Below the pieces are notes generated by a model that worked only from the letters and a program-made list of their open reading frames with translations, did no database searches and was not told where the DNA came from. Positions 1 through 16,240 of a stretch of 64,000 bases of DNA are shown here, in pieces; position 1 is the stretch's first letter; each line of letters opens with the position of its first letter. Made by a program: the position numbers and the translations under genes. This DNA comes from the human T2T-CHM13v2.0 reference genome, Homo sapiens: assembly GCF_009914755.1 (NCBI RefSeq), contig NC_060929.1; one strand, given 5' to 3'.

Positions 1-809
1 GCTGATGTTTTGTTTCAATGGTTGTTTCTGCAGGAAAAAAATGCAAGTGTTTAACAAGTGCAGTTTAGTAGGATAGACAATTCTTCATATATACTGCCTT
101 AATTTAGGAGTTCTAAGGTTCAAATCACAAATTAAAAAGCTTCCAGAAACATATTTAATATACACAAGATTAATTCGGTGTTTCAATTTACTTCTCCAAG
201 TATGTTATCTTTTCAGTGGTAAATGTTGGCCTCCTTTCAGTAAACAGTGCATTTGGCAAGAACTGGAGCATTTTCTCTGCTATGCAAGTGATGATTAATG
301 ACTCAGTGCTCAACAGCATCATGATCATTTTCACTGGTTCCCTGGTTTAAATTATATGTATATATAATTTAATTTTTTATATATACCCACACACACATAT
401 AGTTTATATTTTCCTTCTGTAAATTCATATATATAAAAGAAAGAGTAAGATCCAGATTGTATCACGTGGCATAGAGATAGGGAATGCATTTAAATGTAAA
501 TATTTCATCATCCTAAATCAACTCTAGTTCCCCCACTCCCCCCAATTTATGAAAAGTCAAATCTTATATTTATATTATGATGCATGGAAGTTCTTTAAGT
601 AGCTAAAAAATAAGGAGAGCCCTTCCTTTGAGATAAATAATGCTCATATATATACCCACAGAAGCAATAATTTTCCATGTCACCAACACATTCTAAGAAA
701 GTGAACGTGTGAGAATATGGAAATATATAAAACAATAATGGTGGTTGTCACTTATGGAGTGGTTATTAGGTATTGGGGAATGAGCCAGGTACTTACAGAT
801 ACAGTTCAT

Positions 810-982
810 TGATGCTTTTATACATCTCTGAGAATAGGAGTTTCTGCACTCTCTTTATAGATGAAGAAAGTGAGACTCCAGAACTTAACAAACGTTACAG
901 CTCATGAGAGGTAGCACGGGATTTGGAATGTATCCTGCTTTACTTCAGGCCCTAGGGCTTTCTGCTATGCTGTGGTACTGCC
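810..982 (-). mobile_element. MIR SINE fragment
   Basis: Degenerate MIR core 'tttatagatgaagaaagtgagactccaga...gggatttggaa'; boundaries approximate. Confidence 0.6.
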
Positions 983-1584
983 TTCATGTTGCAGAAAGGG
1001 GCTACTCATGGCCTGGATTAAGTGGCAGACCTTGGTGAGAGCCTTCAAACAACCTTGTCATCATAACTGAGATGTTCATTTGTTCTACAGTGGAGCAAAT
1101 ATGAAGAGAAAAATCTTCCAGACTAGAAGAAAATGAAATGCATGTCAGTGGAGAGAGGTAGAATAAATGGGTTATACCCTACAGGTTGGCCTACGGAGAT
1201 TTCTTCAAGAGATTTTTAAAAGGAAAAAGTAAATGTCCTCTCCTAGCTTTGAGTCATCATAGGTTCTCTCTTCTGGAGTCTGAGCCATGTCAGGTAAGCC
1301 TCATATCTAGGGAAAGGGAGTTACTGAGAATTATTTGGCCTGAACCTTCTTTCTGTATTGAGATGAGCTTTTAGGAAAGAGCTTAAGCTAGTATTATTTA
1401 ATTATTTCTGCCTCTCTGCCATTTAAAACATTTGACTTTTGAAGGAAAAATAGACCATTAGAGGGAGAAAACATGTTTTCAAAAGACCTATTTCTCGCAA
1501 AGACATATACATATTTTTTAATTGATTGCTTAATAGGGAGATTGGTTTAGTTTTCTGAGGTGTTTGGTCAATAAATTGGATATT

Positions 1585-1811
1585 TTTTTAAAATTTATTT
1601 TTGTTAAAGTAAAATATACATATATAATTTACCATAAGTGTATAATTTACTGATAAAAAATACATTTTCTTTTTCTACTTCATCCCCTACCCTCTTTTCC
1701 AGCCTCTGGGAATCTACTCTCTATCTTCATGAGATCCACATTTTTAGCTCCCACATATGAGTAAGAGCATGTGATATTTGTCTTTCTGTGCTTGGCTTAT
1801 TTCACTTAACA
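1585..1811 (-). mobile_element. L1MA-type 3' end fragment
   Basis: 'gctcccacatatgagtaagagcatgtgatatttgtctttctgtgcttggcttatttcacttaaca' is the reverse complement of the L1 ORF2 end/3' UTR. Confidence 0.8.
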
Positions 1812-2070
1812 GTTTGGAGATTTTTATTATCCCTGAGAGCCAGGAGGAAATTCATTGTAATCATTTGGTTTTCACAATGATTACAGTTTTATTATTTTTC
1901 CTTGATAATTTAAAAATTCAAATAATATAAGAGATAAGAAAGACAAACAATATATAAGAGTGAAAGAAAGTAAAACATACCTTGTAATTAATTCTACTAG
2001 TCTACAAGAGGGATCATTAACACTCTGGTAACTAAACTTACTTGCATTACTTTACATATAAAAACAGATG

Positions 2071-2105
2071 GGTAGGTAGGTAGGTAGGTAGGTAGGTAGA
2101 AAGAT

Positions 2106-2150
<45 letters not shown>
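2071..2150. repeat. Compound tetranucleotide STR (GGTA)7 - gaaagat - (GATA)11
   Basis: Counted directly: GGTA x7 at 2071-2098, GATA x11 at 2106-2149. Confidence 0.97.
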
Positions 2151-2151
<1 letters not shown>

Positions 2152-2409
2152 ATTTTACATAAATGGAACCATAACAACATTTAGTGGTTTGTTTTCATAA
2201 TCATTAATGTTTAGTTTTGTCAATTTCCCACTTATGTTCACATAACAGCCATTCACTGCCACCTTTAGGTAAGTCACATTAGGAACTTATTTGTCTTCTC
2301 TATATTTTTCCCATTCTTCGGTATCATTTGCAATGACATATGGGGACTTTGCAATTGTTTGTTTCACAAAATTTAGATATTTCTTTTCCCCTTAAAAATA
2401 TCTTGAGGA

Positions 2410-2756
<347 letters not shown>

Positions 2757-2909
2757 TCATGTTTTTAATAGCTGAATAATATGCCACTGTATTAGAAGCA
2801 TAATGTGTTATTTCCCAGTGATCACTTCATGTATTTCTATCTTTTAGAAATAGTATTAAAAGGAATATCCTTAGTTAACTATGTCTTCGATGTATGAGGT
2901 CTTTAGGTT

Positions 2910-4290
2910 TTTTAAAAAATAAATCTTGTATATATTTAAGGTATATAACATCATGCTATAAACGCATATATGTAGTAAAGTGGTTACTACATTGAAACAA
3001 ATTCACATATCCGTCATCTTACATGATTACCCATTTCCCCCAGACTCTGTGTTAAGATCTCTACCCATTTAGGAAAATCACAAATACAATCCACTCCATT
3101 ATTAACTATAGACCTTATGTTGTACATTGGATCTTCTGATTTGTTCATCCTACCCATTTGCTATTTTGTATTCCTTGACCAACATGCCCCTATTTTTCTC
3201 CCCCAACCCCTGACCCTGATAACCGTTTTTTTCTCTATCTTTGTGTTTGACTTTTAATTTTTTTAGATTCCACGTATAAAAGAGATCATGCCAACTTTTT
3301 TGCTGTGTCTGATTTATTTCACTATGCATGTCCTCCGAGCTTATCCATGTTGTGACAATGTACATATACCACAGTTTATCCATTTGTCCATTGATGGACA
3401 CCTAGATTATTCCCATATCTTCACTATTATGAATAGTGCTGCAATGAACATAGGAGCAAACATCTTTATGAGGAGTGGTTTCATTTCCTTGGGATATAAA
3501 TCTAGAAGAGGGATTGCTGTGTCATATTGTAGTTCTATTTTTAATATCTTTAGGAATTTCAGAACTGTTTTCCATAATGGCTGCACCAATCTGCATTCTC
3601 ACTAGTAATGTGCAAAGGTTTCCTTTTCTGTACACCTTGCTAACACTTGCTGTCTCTTGCCTTTTGATAATAGTGATCCTAATAGATGTCAGGTGGGATC
3701 TCATAATGATTTTGATTTGCATTTTCCTGATGATTAGTGATGTTGAGCACCTATTCATATACCTGTAGGCCATTTTTGTGTCATCTTTGGAAAAATATCT
3801 CCTCAAGTCCTTTGTTCATTGTGTTGAGTTAGTCTGATTTATTTATTTTTGTTTCTGTACACTGGGCTTTTGGTGTGATATCCAAGAAATCATTGTCAAG
3901 GTCAATGTAAAAGAGCTTTTCTCCTATGCTTTCTTCCAGGAATTTTATGGTTTGGGGCCTTACATTGAGGTCTTTTATGCAATTTGAGTTGATTTTTGTA
4001 TATGGTGTAAGGTAAGAGTTCAATTTCATTCTTTTGCTTGTGGAAATCTAGTTTTCCCAACACCATTTATTGAAAAGACCATCCTTTTGTCATTATGTCT
4101 TTTTGGTGCCCTGGTTGAAAATTAGTTGGCCATATATGTTTGGATTTATTTCTGTGCTCTGTATTCTGTTCCACTGGTCTGTATATTTTCATGCCAGTAC
4201 CATTCTGTTTTGATTACTATAGCTTTGTAATATAATTTCAAATCAGGTATTGTCATGCCTCCACATTGTTTTGAATATTGCTTTGGCTAG
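2910..4290 (-). mobile_element. L1MA-type element, 5'-truncated (ORF2 C-terminus plus 3' UTR)
   Basis: Minus-strand ORFs match L1 ORF2 C-terminal peptides ([26 protein letters not shown]). Confidence 0.9.
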
Positions 4291-4483
4291 GTCTTACTTT
4301 ATGGGATAGATTTTTAGATGTGCAGTACAAGGTCAAAAAATATATTATATGTTAATTATACTAGATACTACCGGATAGAATTTTTAAAGGCTGTAAGAAG
4401 CTCCATTTAACATGGATATGCTAAGTGACAATAAAATATATATTGTGTTTCCGTTATAGTAAGTAGCAGATATTTAAAATCTC

Positions 4484-4545
4484 TCTTTCATTCCTTCTTT
4501 TGTTCAATCATATATTTACTGAGCACCTAGATGCCAGGTACAAAG
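4484..4545 (-). mobile_element. L2 3' end fragment
   Basis: 'ttcattcc...tcaatcatatatttactgagcacctagatgccagg', typical L2 tail. Confidence 0.65.
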
Positions 4546-4579
4546 CCAGTCCATCATTTCACTTAGAATTACCACAAAT

Positions 4580-4803
4580 TGTTCAATTCCCACCTATGAG
4601 TGAGAACATGCGGTGTTTGGTTTTTTGTCCTTGCAATAGTTTGCTGAGAATGATGGTTTCCAGCTTCATCTACGTCTCTACAAAGGACATGAACTCAACA
4701 TTTTTTATGGCTGCATAGTATTCCACATTGTGCACATGTACCCTAAAACTTAAAGTAGAATAAAAATAATAATAATAAAATGAAATAAAAATAAAATAAA
4801 TAA
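4580..4803 (+). mobile_element. Short young L1PA insertion with 5' inversion
   Basis: 4580-4726 is antisense L1PA ORF2 end/3' UTR; from about 4727 sense 'attgtgcacatgtaccctaaaacttaaagta' plus A-rich tail; degenerate TSD aattaccacaaatt / aataaccagaaatt. Confidence 0.9.
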
Positions 4804-5254
4804 ATAACCAGAAATTAAAATTAATGTGGCTAGATCTAAGAATCTTACCCACAGTTTTAACTGCTTTGCAATGACTCTCAAAAATATCCCCCAAGGGAGC
4901 ATGTGAGAATCACCTCTTTCATGTGGGATGGTTGGTTGACCATCCACCCAGCTGGCTGATTTTCAGTCTACTCCACTTCTTAAATTCACAGAATCATCCT
5001 CACCATGAGCACCTATTATTGATGGGAGTGTATTCTGTTCTTTAGGTGTATTACATCAGAAAAAAAAGATTACAAATTAACGCTGCTGCCACTAACCTAA
5101 CCAAATTCACTGCAAGTTATTGTCTGATTGCAAGAGCTATAAAGCGGCTTTGTCCCTGAAATCAGATGACTTGACGTCCTGTCTACATTCATATAACATT
5201 ATTTTAGAAATGTTTACTAAATTTAGCTAACCAGGCTTGCTGAAATAAACCAAT

Positions 5255-5282
5255 TTTAAAAGAATTGATCAATTCTTTTAAA
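5255..5282. repeat. Perfect 28-bp palindrome
   Basis: tttaaaagaattga|tcaattcttttaaa. Confidence 0.95.
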
Positions 5283-5989
5283 GTAAATATATATCATTTT
5301 AAATATACATAACAGATGTGATAAGGTACCTTAGTAGAAGCCTAAGATAGTTGCACCCCAGAATTCAATAAAGAAAATTTGTAAAATCCACATAACTTAC
5401 ACATGGCTTGGTGTCTGATCATATCATATAAAGCTATTTTGAATTTTATTTTTAACTGACACAGAGGAGAAAATGCTTTATTAATTGAGGGAAGAAATCT
5501 TTGAGTAGGAGTAGCATTGACTTTTAAATTATTGGCCTTATCTTGCTCTTTTATGTATGCTCAGAATAGTGACAGCATTTTCAACAGTGTTGCAAAAACC
5601 ATTTAGCTTACAAGGTAGAATTATTGTGATACAGAACACTTAATGCACTTCTTCTTCATAGCATCTTATTTCATAAAAATCAATTGGATTTTATGCCTTG
5701 CATAGAAGGGCTTTCTTCCACAATGAAGTCAGAGTTATTATGGGTAAGCTGGCCAGATATCATCAAATGCACTAGAACCTTTCTATAGTATTTATTGTTG
5801 TACAGAATGCAGTGTAAGGCACTCCACCACACTACAATAAGTAGCATTTTCTCTAGCACATCCATTGTAGGAACCCTTTATAGGAAGCTATTAATATTAG
5901 AAAGGTAGACAAGAATGTCTTGAAGTTTTTCCAGAGAGTACTTTACTAAGGTAACAAAAAAGCTGCCCTAATACAAGTTTAAACACAGA

Positions 5990-6060
5990 TTGTACCTAGC
6001 ACAGTGCCTACCCCGTGGTAGGCATTCATTAGATATTTGTTGAATAAATGAGTGAAAGGA
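5990..6060 (+). mobile_element. L2 3' end fragment
   Basis: 'cctagcacagtgcct...gtaggcattcattagatatttgttgaataaatga'. Confidence 0.8.
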
Positions 6061-6704
6061 ATTCTCTGGCATGCACATGTAATAAATGAGTGAAAGCAGT
6101 TCTCTGGCATGTACAAGGATGACACATGTACAAGAATAAGACACCAACAGACACAAACAAAGGACTCAAGCTCCACTGACAGATAAGAAAATGATACTGG
6201 ATTTGCATACAGCTAAATAATCAGAGCTGGGGAACCAGGAGCGTATTTTAAATTGAAGGACAAACTTCATTGCTCTTTGGAAGTCCAGTCAATGAGATCT
6301 CAGATTAAAATTCCATCTGGTTCTTCTGAAAGCTTGTTTTTTGTTTGTTTGCTTGTTTGTTTTGTTTTTTTGTTTTTGTTTTTTACATTCTAAGAGGCCT
6401 TATAACTTCCTGGCTTCTTTCAGTTCTTGTAGAGACTCAGTCTATGTGCTTGTTTGTTTATCAAATGCCAATGGCTGGTAACAACCATAGTGCATTATTA
6501 CCATTTACTGAATACAGGAATACAAGGAAATGTTCTTCGATTTATATCTCCAAGTATTAATAGGCCTGGGCTTCAAGACTTTTTGAGGCCGATTCCTGCA
6601 GCATGAATCAGCAAAGTTTCAGTACATGCTCATTTCCTTTAAATATTCTTAACAGTAAATACAATACTTTTAAAGGTATTTCTTCCAATGACCAAAAATA
6701 AATG

Positions 6705-9312
<2,608 letters not shown>

Positions 9313-9319
9313 TACTGTA

Positions 9320-10366
9320 TAACTATGTAGTTCTATATAGTCAGCAATATCCATCTTTCTTTTCAAAATTTCTTATTTTCTTATTTGGGTTAAAAGCTTT
9401 CCTTTCTTTTCCCCATATTTCTGAGACTAAATATTTTCCCTACATTTTTTACAAGGCTGTAAGTGTTCTTTATATTGCTTTATATTTAAGTTTTTACCCC
9501 AGATATGAGATGGGGACCCTACTTTATTTTATTGTCTTCCAGATAGATGGTAACTCAGCAAGAAAAACCCTTTTTACCCTGAGTTGAAATGTCATTATGT
9601 CTTATTAAATTTTTATATACATTGGGATCTTTTTCTGGATTCATTATTATTTAATAGGGCAAGTCTCCCTTTATTATTGTGTTCTGTCATAATTTTCTTG
9701 ATTATCTTAAAGCGTCCCTTCTTCTATGTAAATTTTTATGTGGTTTATCTGGTTTAAACAGTCTTTTGAGATTCTAATTAGTGATTTATTAAATTAATTT
9801 TTGTATCAGATTATTTCCACCCAACTAAATAATCTTCTTCTTATAGAGATATTCTGTATGTCCTGCATATTTCCAATATAATTTTATGGTTTTCCTTTTA
9901 TAAGTCTAGTTTCTTTTTTGTTAAATTATTTCCTAAGAATTTTATCTTTTTCATATTGTTGTTAATAACATTTTTGTTATATCCATTTCCAGGATCTTAT
10001 TGTTAACATGGAAAACACTCATAAATTTTTTATGTTTTTCTTTTATCCAAATAATTTACCACACATCCTCATTAATTCTATTTGTGTGTGTGTTTTACTA
10101 AAGTTTATTAAATGTATCAACATTTATTTCTACTTTCAATGCTTACATCAATTATTTAATTTTATTGTCTTAAAGTTTATCTAGAACTTTCAATACACTG
10201 ATGAATAATATCAATAATGGCAGATATCTTTGCCTCTTCTTAATTTTATTGTAATGGTTTTTGCCACTTAGAAAAGTAAAGATTTTTATTTTTAATAAAT
10301 AGCCTTTGTTAAGTTGGCTCCTTTTATTATTATTTAACCTAGAGGTTTTCAAAAACTGGTTGCCAA
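9320..10366 (-). mobile_element. Old L1M (L1ME-like) ORF2 relic
   Basis: T-rich degenerate antisense L1 ORF2, e.g. 'aataatggcagatatctttgcctcttc'; appears to continue after the L1PB. Confidence 0.6.
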
Positions 10367-10376
10367 ATTTAAGCAC

Positions 10377-11810
10377 TTTTAAAAATTATTTTTTATTTCA
10401 ATTGTTTTGCGATACAAGTGGTTTTCTGTTACATAAATGTGTTTTTTACTGGTGAATTCTGAGATTTTAGTGCACCTGTCCTTCAAGCACTGTACACTGT
10501 CTCCCCTCCCAAACTCCTCCCCAAGTCCCCAAAGTCCATTGTATCACTCTGTATGTCTTTGAATCCTCATAGCTTAGCTCCCATTTATAAGTGAGAATAT
10601 ATGGTGTTTATTTCATTCCTGAGTTACTTCACTTAGAATAATGGCCTCCAGCTTCATCCAAGCTGCTACTAAAGGCATTATTTCATTCCTTTTTATGGCT
10701 AAGTAGTATTCCATGATGTATATAAAACACATTGTCTTTATCCACTTGTTGGTCAGTGGGCATTTAGGTTGATTCCATACTTTGCAATTGTGAATTGTGC
10801 TGCTATAAATATGCATATGCATGTCTTTTTCATATAATAACTTATTTTCCTTTGTGTAGATACTCAGTAGTGAGATTGCTGGATTGAATAGTAAATCTAC
10901 TTTTAGTTCTTTAAGGAAACTCCATATTGTTTTCCATACTGGTTGTACTAGTTTACATTCCCACTAAAAGTATAAAAGTGTTCCCTTTTCATGATATCTA
11001 AGCCAACATCTATTGTTTTTTAACTTTTTAGTTCTGGCCATTCCTTCAGGAGTAAGGTGGTATCTCGTTGTGGTTTTAATTTGTGTTTCCCTGATTAGTG
11101 ATATTGAGCATTTTTTCATATGTTTGTTGGCTGTCTGTATATCTTCTCTTGAGAATTGTCTATTCATGTCCTTTGTCCACTTTTTGATGGGATTAGTTTT
11201 TTTCTTTGCTGATTCATTTGAGTTCCATGTAGATTCTGGATACCAGTCCTTTGTTGGAGACATAGTTTGAAAATATTTTCTCCCATTTTGTGGGTTTTGT
11301 GTTTGCTGATTATCTCCTTTGCTGTGCAGAAGCTTTTTAGTTTAATTAGGTCCCATTTACTTATTTTTATTTTTGTTGCATTTGCTTTTGTGGTCTTAGT
11401 CCTGAATTCTTTGCCTAAGCCAACGTCCAGAGAGTTTTACCAGTGTTATCTTCTAATATTTTTTATGCTTTCAGGTCTTAAATTTAAGTCTTTGGTTCAT
11501 CTTCAAGGTGTTTTTTTTATAAGGCGAGAGATGGGGATCCAGTTTCATTCTTCCATATGTGGCTTGCCAGTTTTCTCAGCACTGTTTATTGAATAGAGTA
11601 TTCTTTTGCCAATTTATGTTTCTGTATGCTTTGTTGAAGATCAGTTGGCTGTAAGTATTTGGCTTTATTTCTGGGTCCTCTATTCTGTTCTCTATTCAGG
11701 TATAAGTGCATATTTTTATACCAGTGCCATGCTGTTTTGGTAACTATAGCTTTGTAATATAATTTGAAATCAGGAATGTGATGCCTCCAGATTTGTTCCA
11801 TTTTCTTAGT
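10377..11810 (-). mobile_element. L1PB-type element, 5'-truncated
   Basis: 3' UTR 'actggtgaattctgagattttagtgcacctgtc'; ORF2 peptides [15 protein letters not shown] and [16 protein letters not shown]; candidate TSD atttaagcac 10367-10376 / 11811-11820. Confidence 0.92.
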
Positions 11811-11820
11811 ATTTAAGCAC

Positions 11821-14790
11821 ATTATTTTTAATTTCTGTGATCATATTTTTTAATTTGTTGTTGTAAAGTATCGTGCTGCTGTAGTCTAACATTTAATCAC
11901 CTTTGCATTTCTGGAACAAACCCTGTATCATCTAGATGCATTATTCTTTTTCCATATTGGAATCTCTTAACCAATATTTAATTTGGCAAATTTGTGCCTC
12001 TATTTTTAAGTGAGATTATACTATATATTTTTTCTATATAATCTTTATCAGGTTTATTACTAAAGTTATACCAGCTCCAAAAAATTACTAAGGAAGCTTT
12101 TTAAAAAAATTTTTATGGTGTGAAACAGTTTAAATAGAATGGGAAAGTTAAATTGCTAAAAGTTAGATAGAATTCATCTACAAATCTTTCTGATACTGGT
12201 GTTTTTCGAAGATGGCTCCATGATCTCCTACTCAAGATCTACTCAAGACCTATGTTAAATAGTCTGTCTGAGTATTCATCTTAAATTGCTTTTACTAATC
12301 TAATCTGTATTTTTATAGAAAGATATTTGTTTCCTATGAGTTTTCAAAGTTTTTGCCAAATAATTGCAGTTTCTTCTATAATTCCTTTCATCTTTCTTGT
12401 CATTCTATTGTTTCCCAAAGGTAATTTTGTGTGTTTTTCCTCTATCTCTTTTTTCTTCATCAGTTTCATAATCAAAACTTTTAGTTGATTTCTTTAATTG
12501 ATCATTTTATAAAAACCATCTGTTTTGATTAATTCTATCACTACTACCTTTTTTATTTATTCAGCAATTTTAAATTCATCTATTTTCTCTCTTTCTACAT
12601 CTTTTTGGTGAAATTTTTATTCTTCTGTCAATTTCTTAGGATAAATACTGGTTACTTTATTGTTGATGTTTATTATTGTCATTTAAAAATGGAATATGAT
12701 AAAAGGTATACATTTTCTTCTAATTTCATAGGCAGTGATGTGAAGTTCTATACTCCCTGCTTTCTGGAGTTAGTAATGTCAATTTGTATATCCTCTTTGA
12801 CATAAGAATAATCCAGGAGTGTATTTCTTAATTTCCAAGTAGTTTAATTGGGTTTTTGCATTTACTGTTTCATTTATTTCATTTAAAAATATGATCCTCA
12901 AATACTCTAGTTTGTTTTCATTTGTTGAGGTTTTCTTTAACAGCCATGTATCTTAGCGATCTTCATAAATATTCCATGGGCAAATAAAAGAAAACCTTTA
13001 TTTTCTTTTGAGAAATATAAATCAGTATATTAAAATGAGTTTATTGATTATAGTTATCAAATTCCCTATGTCTTTCTATATTTTTGTCTAATGTATCTGT
13101 TTAGTTTTGAAAGCAGTATTTTATTACATCATATCTATTCATAGTCTATTTAAATTACAGTCCCTTAATTTCCAACTTATAATATTATCACTTCTATATT
13201 GTTTTATGTACATTTGCATGGTTTTTTAAAAAAAAATCTCTTTATTTTCTACCTTTCTTTGATTATTTTAGGAGTTTTTCTTATAGGGTTTTGTTTTTAA
13301 ATTAATATTAGAGTCACTACTTTTAATAAGAGCATTTAGCCTATTTACATTTAATAAAACAAGAATTACACTTAATTTATTCCTTCCATTTATGTGCATG
13401 CTTATGTTGTTCCTTCTTTTCTCTTGATCAAATTATTCTCTTCTTCCACTAGTTAATTTGGAAGTTCTACCTTTCAATACTTTAAATGTTACATTTTTTC
13501 CTGGTACTTACGTTATAATGTATATTTCCCTACTATTATTAGAAAAAGAGATATGAATTACATTTCTTGCCAAGACATTCTATTTCTGTGTACAAATACT
13601 TACCCCAAATGTCAAGATGACCACAGAATACTTTTATTCTTGAATAAAATCAAATATCTTTTTTACGTCAAAAGTTAAATGCTATTTTGGCTAGGTATAA
13701 GATCTTAGAGTTACAGTTCTTTGCTGTCATAGTGATGCCTATGAAACGTGTAATTTGAGGACATTATGTCTAGTGAAATAAGCCAGGAACAGAAAGTTAA
13801 ACACCAGTTGTTCTCACTCATACGTGGAAGCTTTAAAAAACTCAATCACATAAAAGTAAGAACAAAGGATACTAAAGGATGAGAAGGGTAGGAAGAAGGA
13901 GGAGAAAGATTTATTAAAGGAAACAAAATTATAGCTAGATAGGAGGAATACATTTTTAGTGTTTTACACCATTGTAGGATGACTATTGTTAACAATATTA
14001 TATAGTTTCAAATAGTAGGAAGGAGGATATTGAATGTTCCCAATTCAAAGAAATGATAAATGCCTAAGGTGGTAGATAAGCTAATTATCCTGTTTTTATC
14101 ACTATACATGTTTTTCAAAATATCACTATGTACTCAATAAATTTATACAATTATTATATGTCAATTTAAAAACTAGAATATAAAAAGCATGTTTTCTTTA
14201 GCTTTTTTCCCCAGATAACCTGTTCTTTGAGGCAACTTAAATTTTTTTTTTCCTTTATTGTTAGATTTTGGACATTTTATTAGGATATACCTATATAAGT
14301 TTTTCCTCATCGAATATGGCTGAAACCCAATATGCCCTTTCAACATGTGATCTCCTGTCCTTCTTTAGCCTTAAGAAAAGTTTTATGTTATTATTATCTC
14401 TCCTTCTGTTGCTTTGATTCCTTCTGTACTTTCTAATATTAGCACATTAAATATTCAGTATGTGTCCTCCAAATCTGTTATCTAGTTTTCTTATGCTTTT
14501 AATTTCTTTTATTTCTGTTCTGTGCTTTAAAATATTTTTTCCATTTGTCTTCTAAGTGACTAATTCAGGTCTTAGTAGTGACTCAATTTATCTTCAATTT
14601 CTCTATTAACTTTCATTTTGGTTTAAAAATTAGTGCTTTTATTTCAAGAGAGTCTTTTATGCTGTATACACATCTTCATAAGCATTATCAATTTTTGTTG
14701 TACAAGTCTTTTCCATTGGGTACTTCCTTTGCTTATCTTCTCTGTGATTTCTGGGCAGCATTTTCTAGCTCACTGTGACTCAGGAATGGC
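11821..14790 (-). mobile_element. Old L1M relic (continuation; 5' ORF2/ORF1 region, very degenerate)
   Basis: Antisense L1-like text: 'ctttgcatttctggaacaaaccc', 'agttagatagaattcatcta', 'ttttggctaggtataagatcttag'. Confidence 0.55.
13750..14186 (+). mobile_element. L1MA 3' end inserted in the older L1
   Basis: 'gtgaaataagccaggaacagaaagttaaacacc...gttctcactcatacgtggaagc' through 'tatacaattattatatgtcaatttaaaa'. Confidence 0.88.
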
Positions 14791-14796
14791 TATTTC

Positions 14797-15001
14797 ATAT
14801 TTTAAATCACAGCAATCCCAAAAGAAATGGAAGGAAAACCATAATCTACCACCATAGGCAGATTGGGGAGCAGCAGGCAGGTTGCCATTCCTCCTCTAAA
14901 GCACTGGGATTAAATCTCCTTCATCTCCAGGCTCCCCATGTATTCCTGTCTTCATAGATAGGGTGATAACAGCTTAACCATTCAGCAACTCCTCAGATTC
15001 T
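14797..15001 (+). repeat. 205-bp dispersed direct repeat, copy 1
   Basis: Matches 16328-16532 except for 3 transitions (by-eye alignment). Confidence 0.95.
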
Positions 15002-15629
15002 TGCCAATTATAACCTTTGTGTCTCCTGAACTCTCTGAAGGCCATGCTCTTCCCAGCATCTACTGTATACCAATTATTGACTGGAGGCCTTCTCTTCTAG
15101 TCTCCAGGTTGTTGGCAGGCCCACAGGAGTAACGGTTATGTTCTGCATCTCCCCACTGAGTCTCCTATGTCTGACTGATACTCAGCTGTACACACTCCCA
15201 AAAAACACTTGCCTTAAGAGAAAGAGACAGATTGGAGCTGGGCAAGAAAGAGAGGTGAGATATATTCAGGCAGCTATATTCCCAGACCCTTTTCAGTAGT
15301 CAACATAGAAAGTAGCTTTATTCTGTATTGATTTCATCATATAATATTAGAAATAAATCATTAAAAATCTGGTAATAAATCTTTCCTTCTAATCTTCTCT
15401 CCTTGGTAAAATTCTTTCAAGACAAATTCACCTGCCTCCCTCTTCATTTCTCCCGAAATTTGTCATCACTCCTTTCTCAGTATAACCATGAAATCCAGGG
15501 AATTTCTCAATTTTTGTAGTATGTCTTGTGTTATCATAATGAAGTATGTACATATCTGCCTTTGAGGAAGAGGAAAGTGTCATTCATCCCTAAATCCAAA
15601 GTAGTTACTGCAGCACGTATGGTAAATGT

Positions 15630-15648
15630 ACACACACACACACACACA
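15630..15648. repeat. (CA)n microsatellite
   Basis: About 9 AC units. Confidence 0.9.
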
Positions 15649-16077
15649 ATCATTGAATTAGTTATATTTGCTGTGAAAGATTCAGTCCTTAATATCTAGT
15701 TTTGAAAAATACTGTTTTGAAAAGTTTAAACTTTAGCTTTCAAAAATATTATCTACTGTGCTAGGAAATCACATTTAAGGTGGAAAGCACATTTTCCATG
15801 AAGAAACAAACCAGCCAAATCAAGAAGAAGAATATATCGAGAACACTACTGGAATTAATTTTTCCTTAATTTAGAACAATGGCCTGGTTTAAACCACAAA
15901 ACCTGGCTTTTTAAATAGATAAATAATAAACTAAATCATCAGTTTCAATGTGTGATTGGAAATGTTTTTCCAGAAACAGGAATCTTACATCCTCAACTTC
16001 ATCACCAGGGTATGCATTCAAAAAACAAATGGTTAATGCCAAGACCTCCACTATAGCCATAGGAAAGGTTTTTCTTA

Positions 16078-16240
16078 TAGACTTTGGAGTCACTCAGCAG
16101 GGGGCTTACCTCTGATTTTTCCATTACTAGCAATGTGGATTTAAGAAAGTTATATAACTCTCTGAATTTCAGTTTCCTTATATATAAAATGAGATTAATA
16201 CTAATCATCTTACAAGGTTCTCATAAGGATCAAATGTGAA
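16078..16240 (+). mobile_element. MIR
   Basis: 'agactttggagtca...aagttatataactctctgaatttcagtttccttatatataaaatgag'. Confidence 0.8.

Noticed and set aside
2249-2274. 20-nt exon ending at TAG/GTAAGT
   Set aside because: Weak acceptor, not frame-preserving, and among degenerate repeat sequence.
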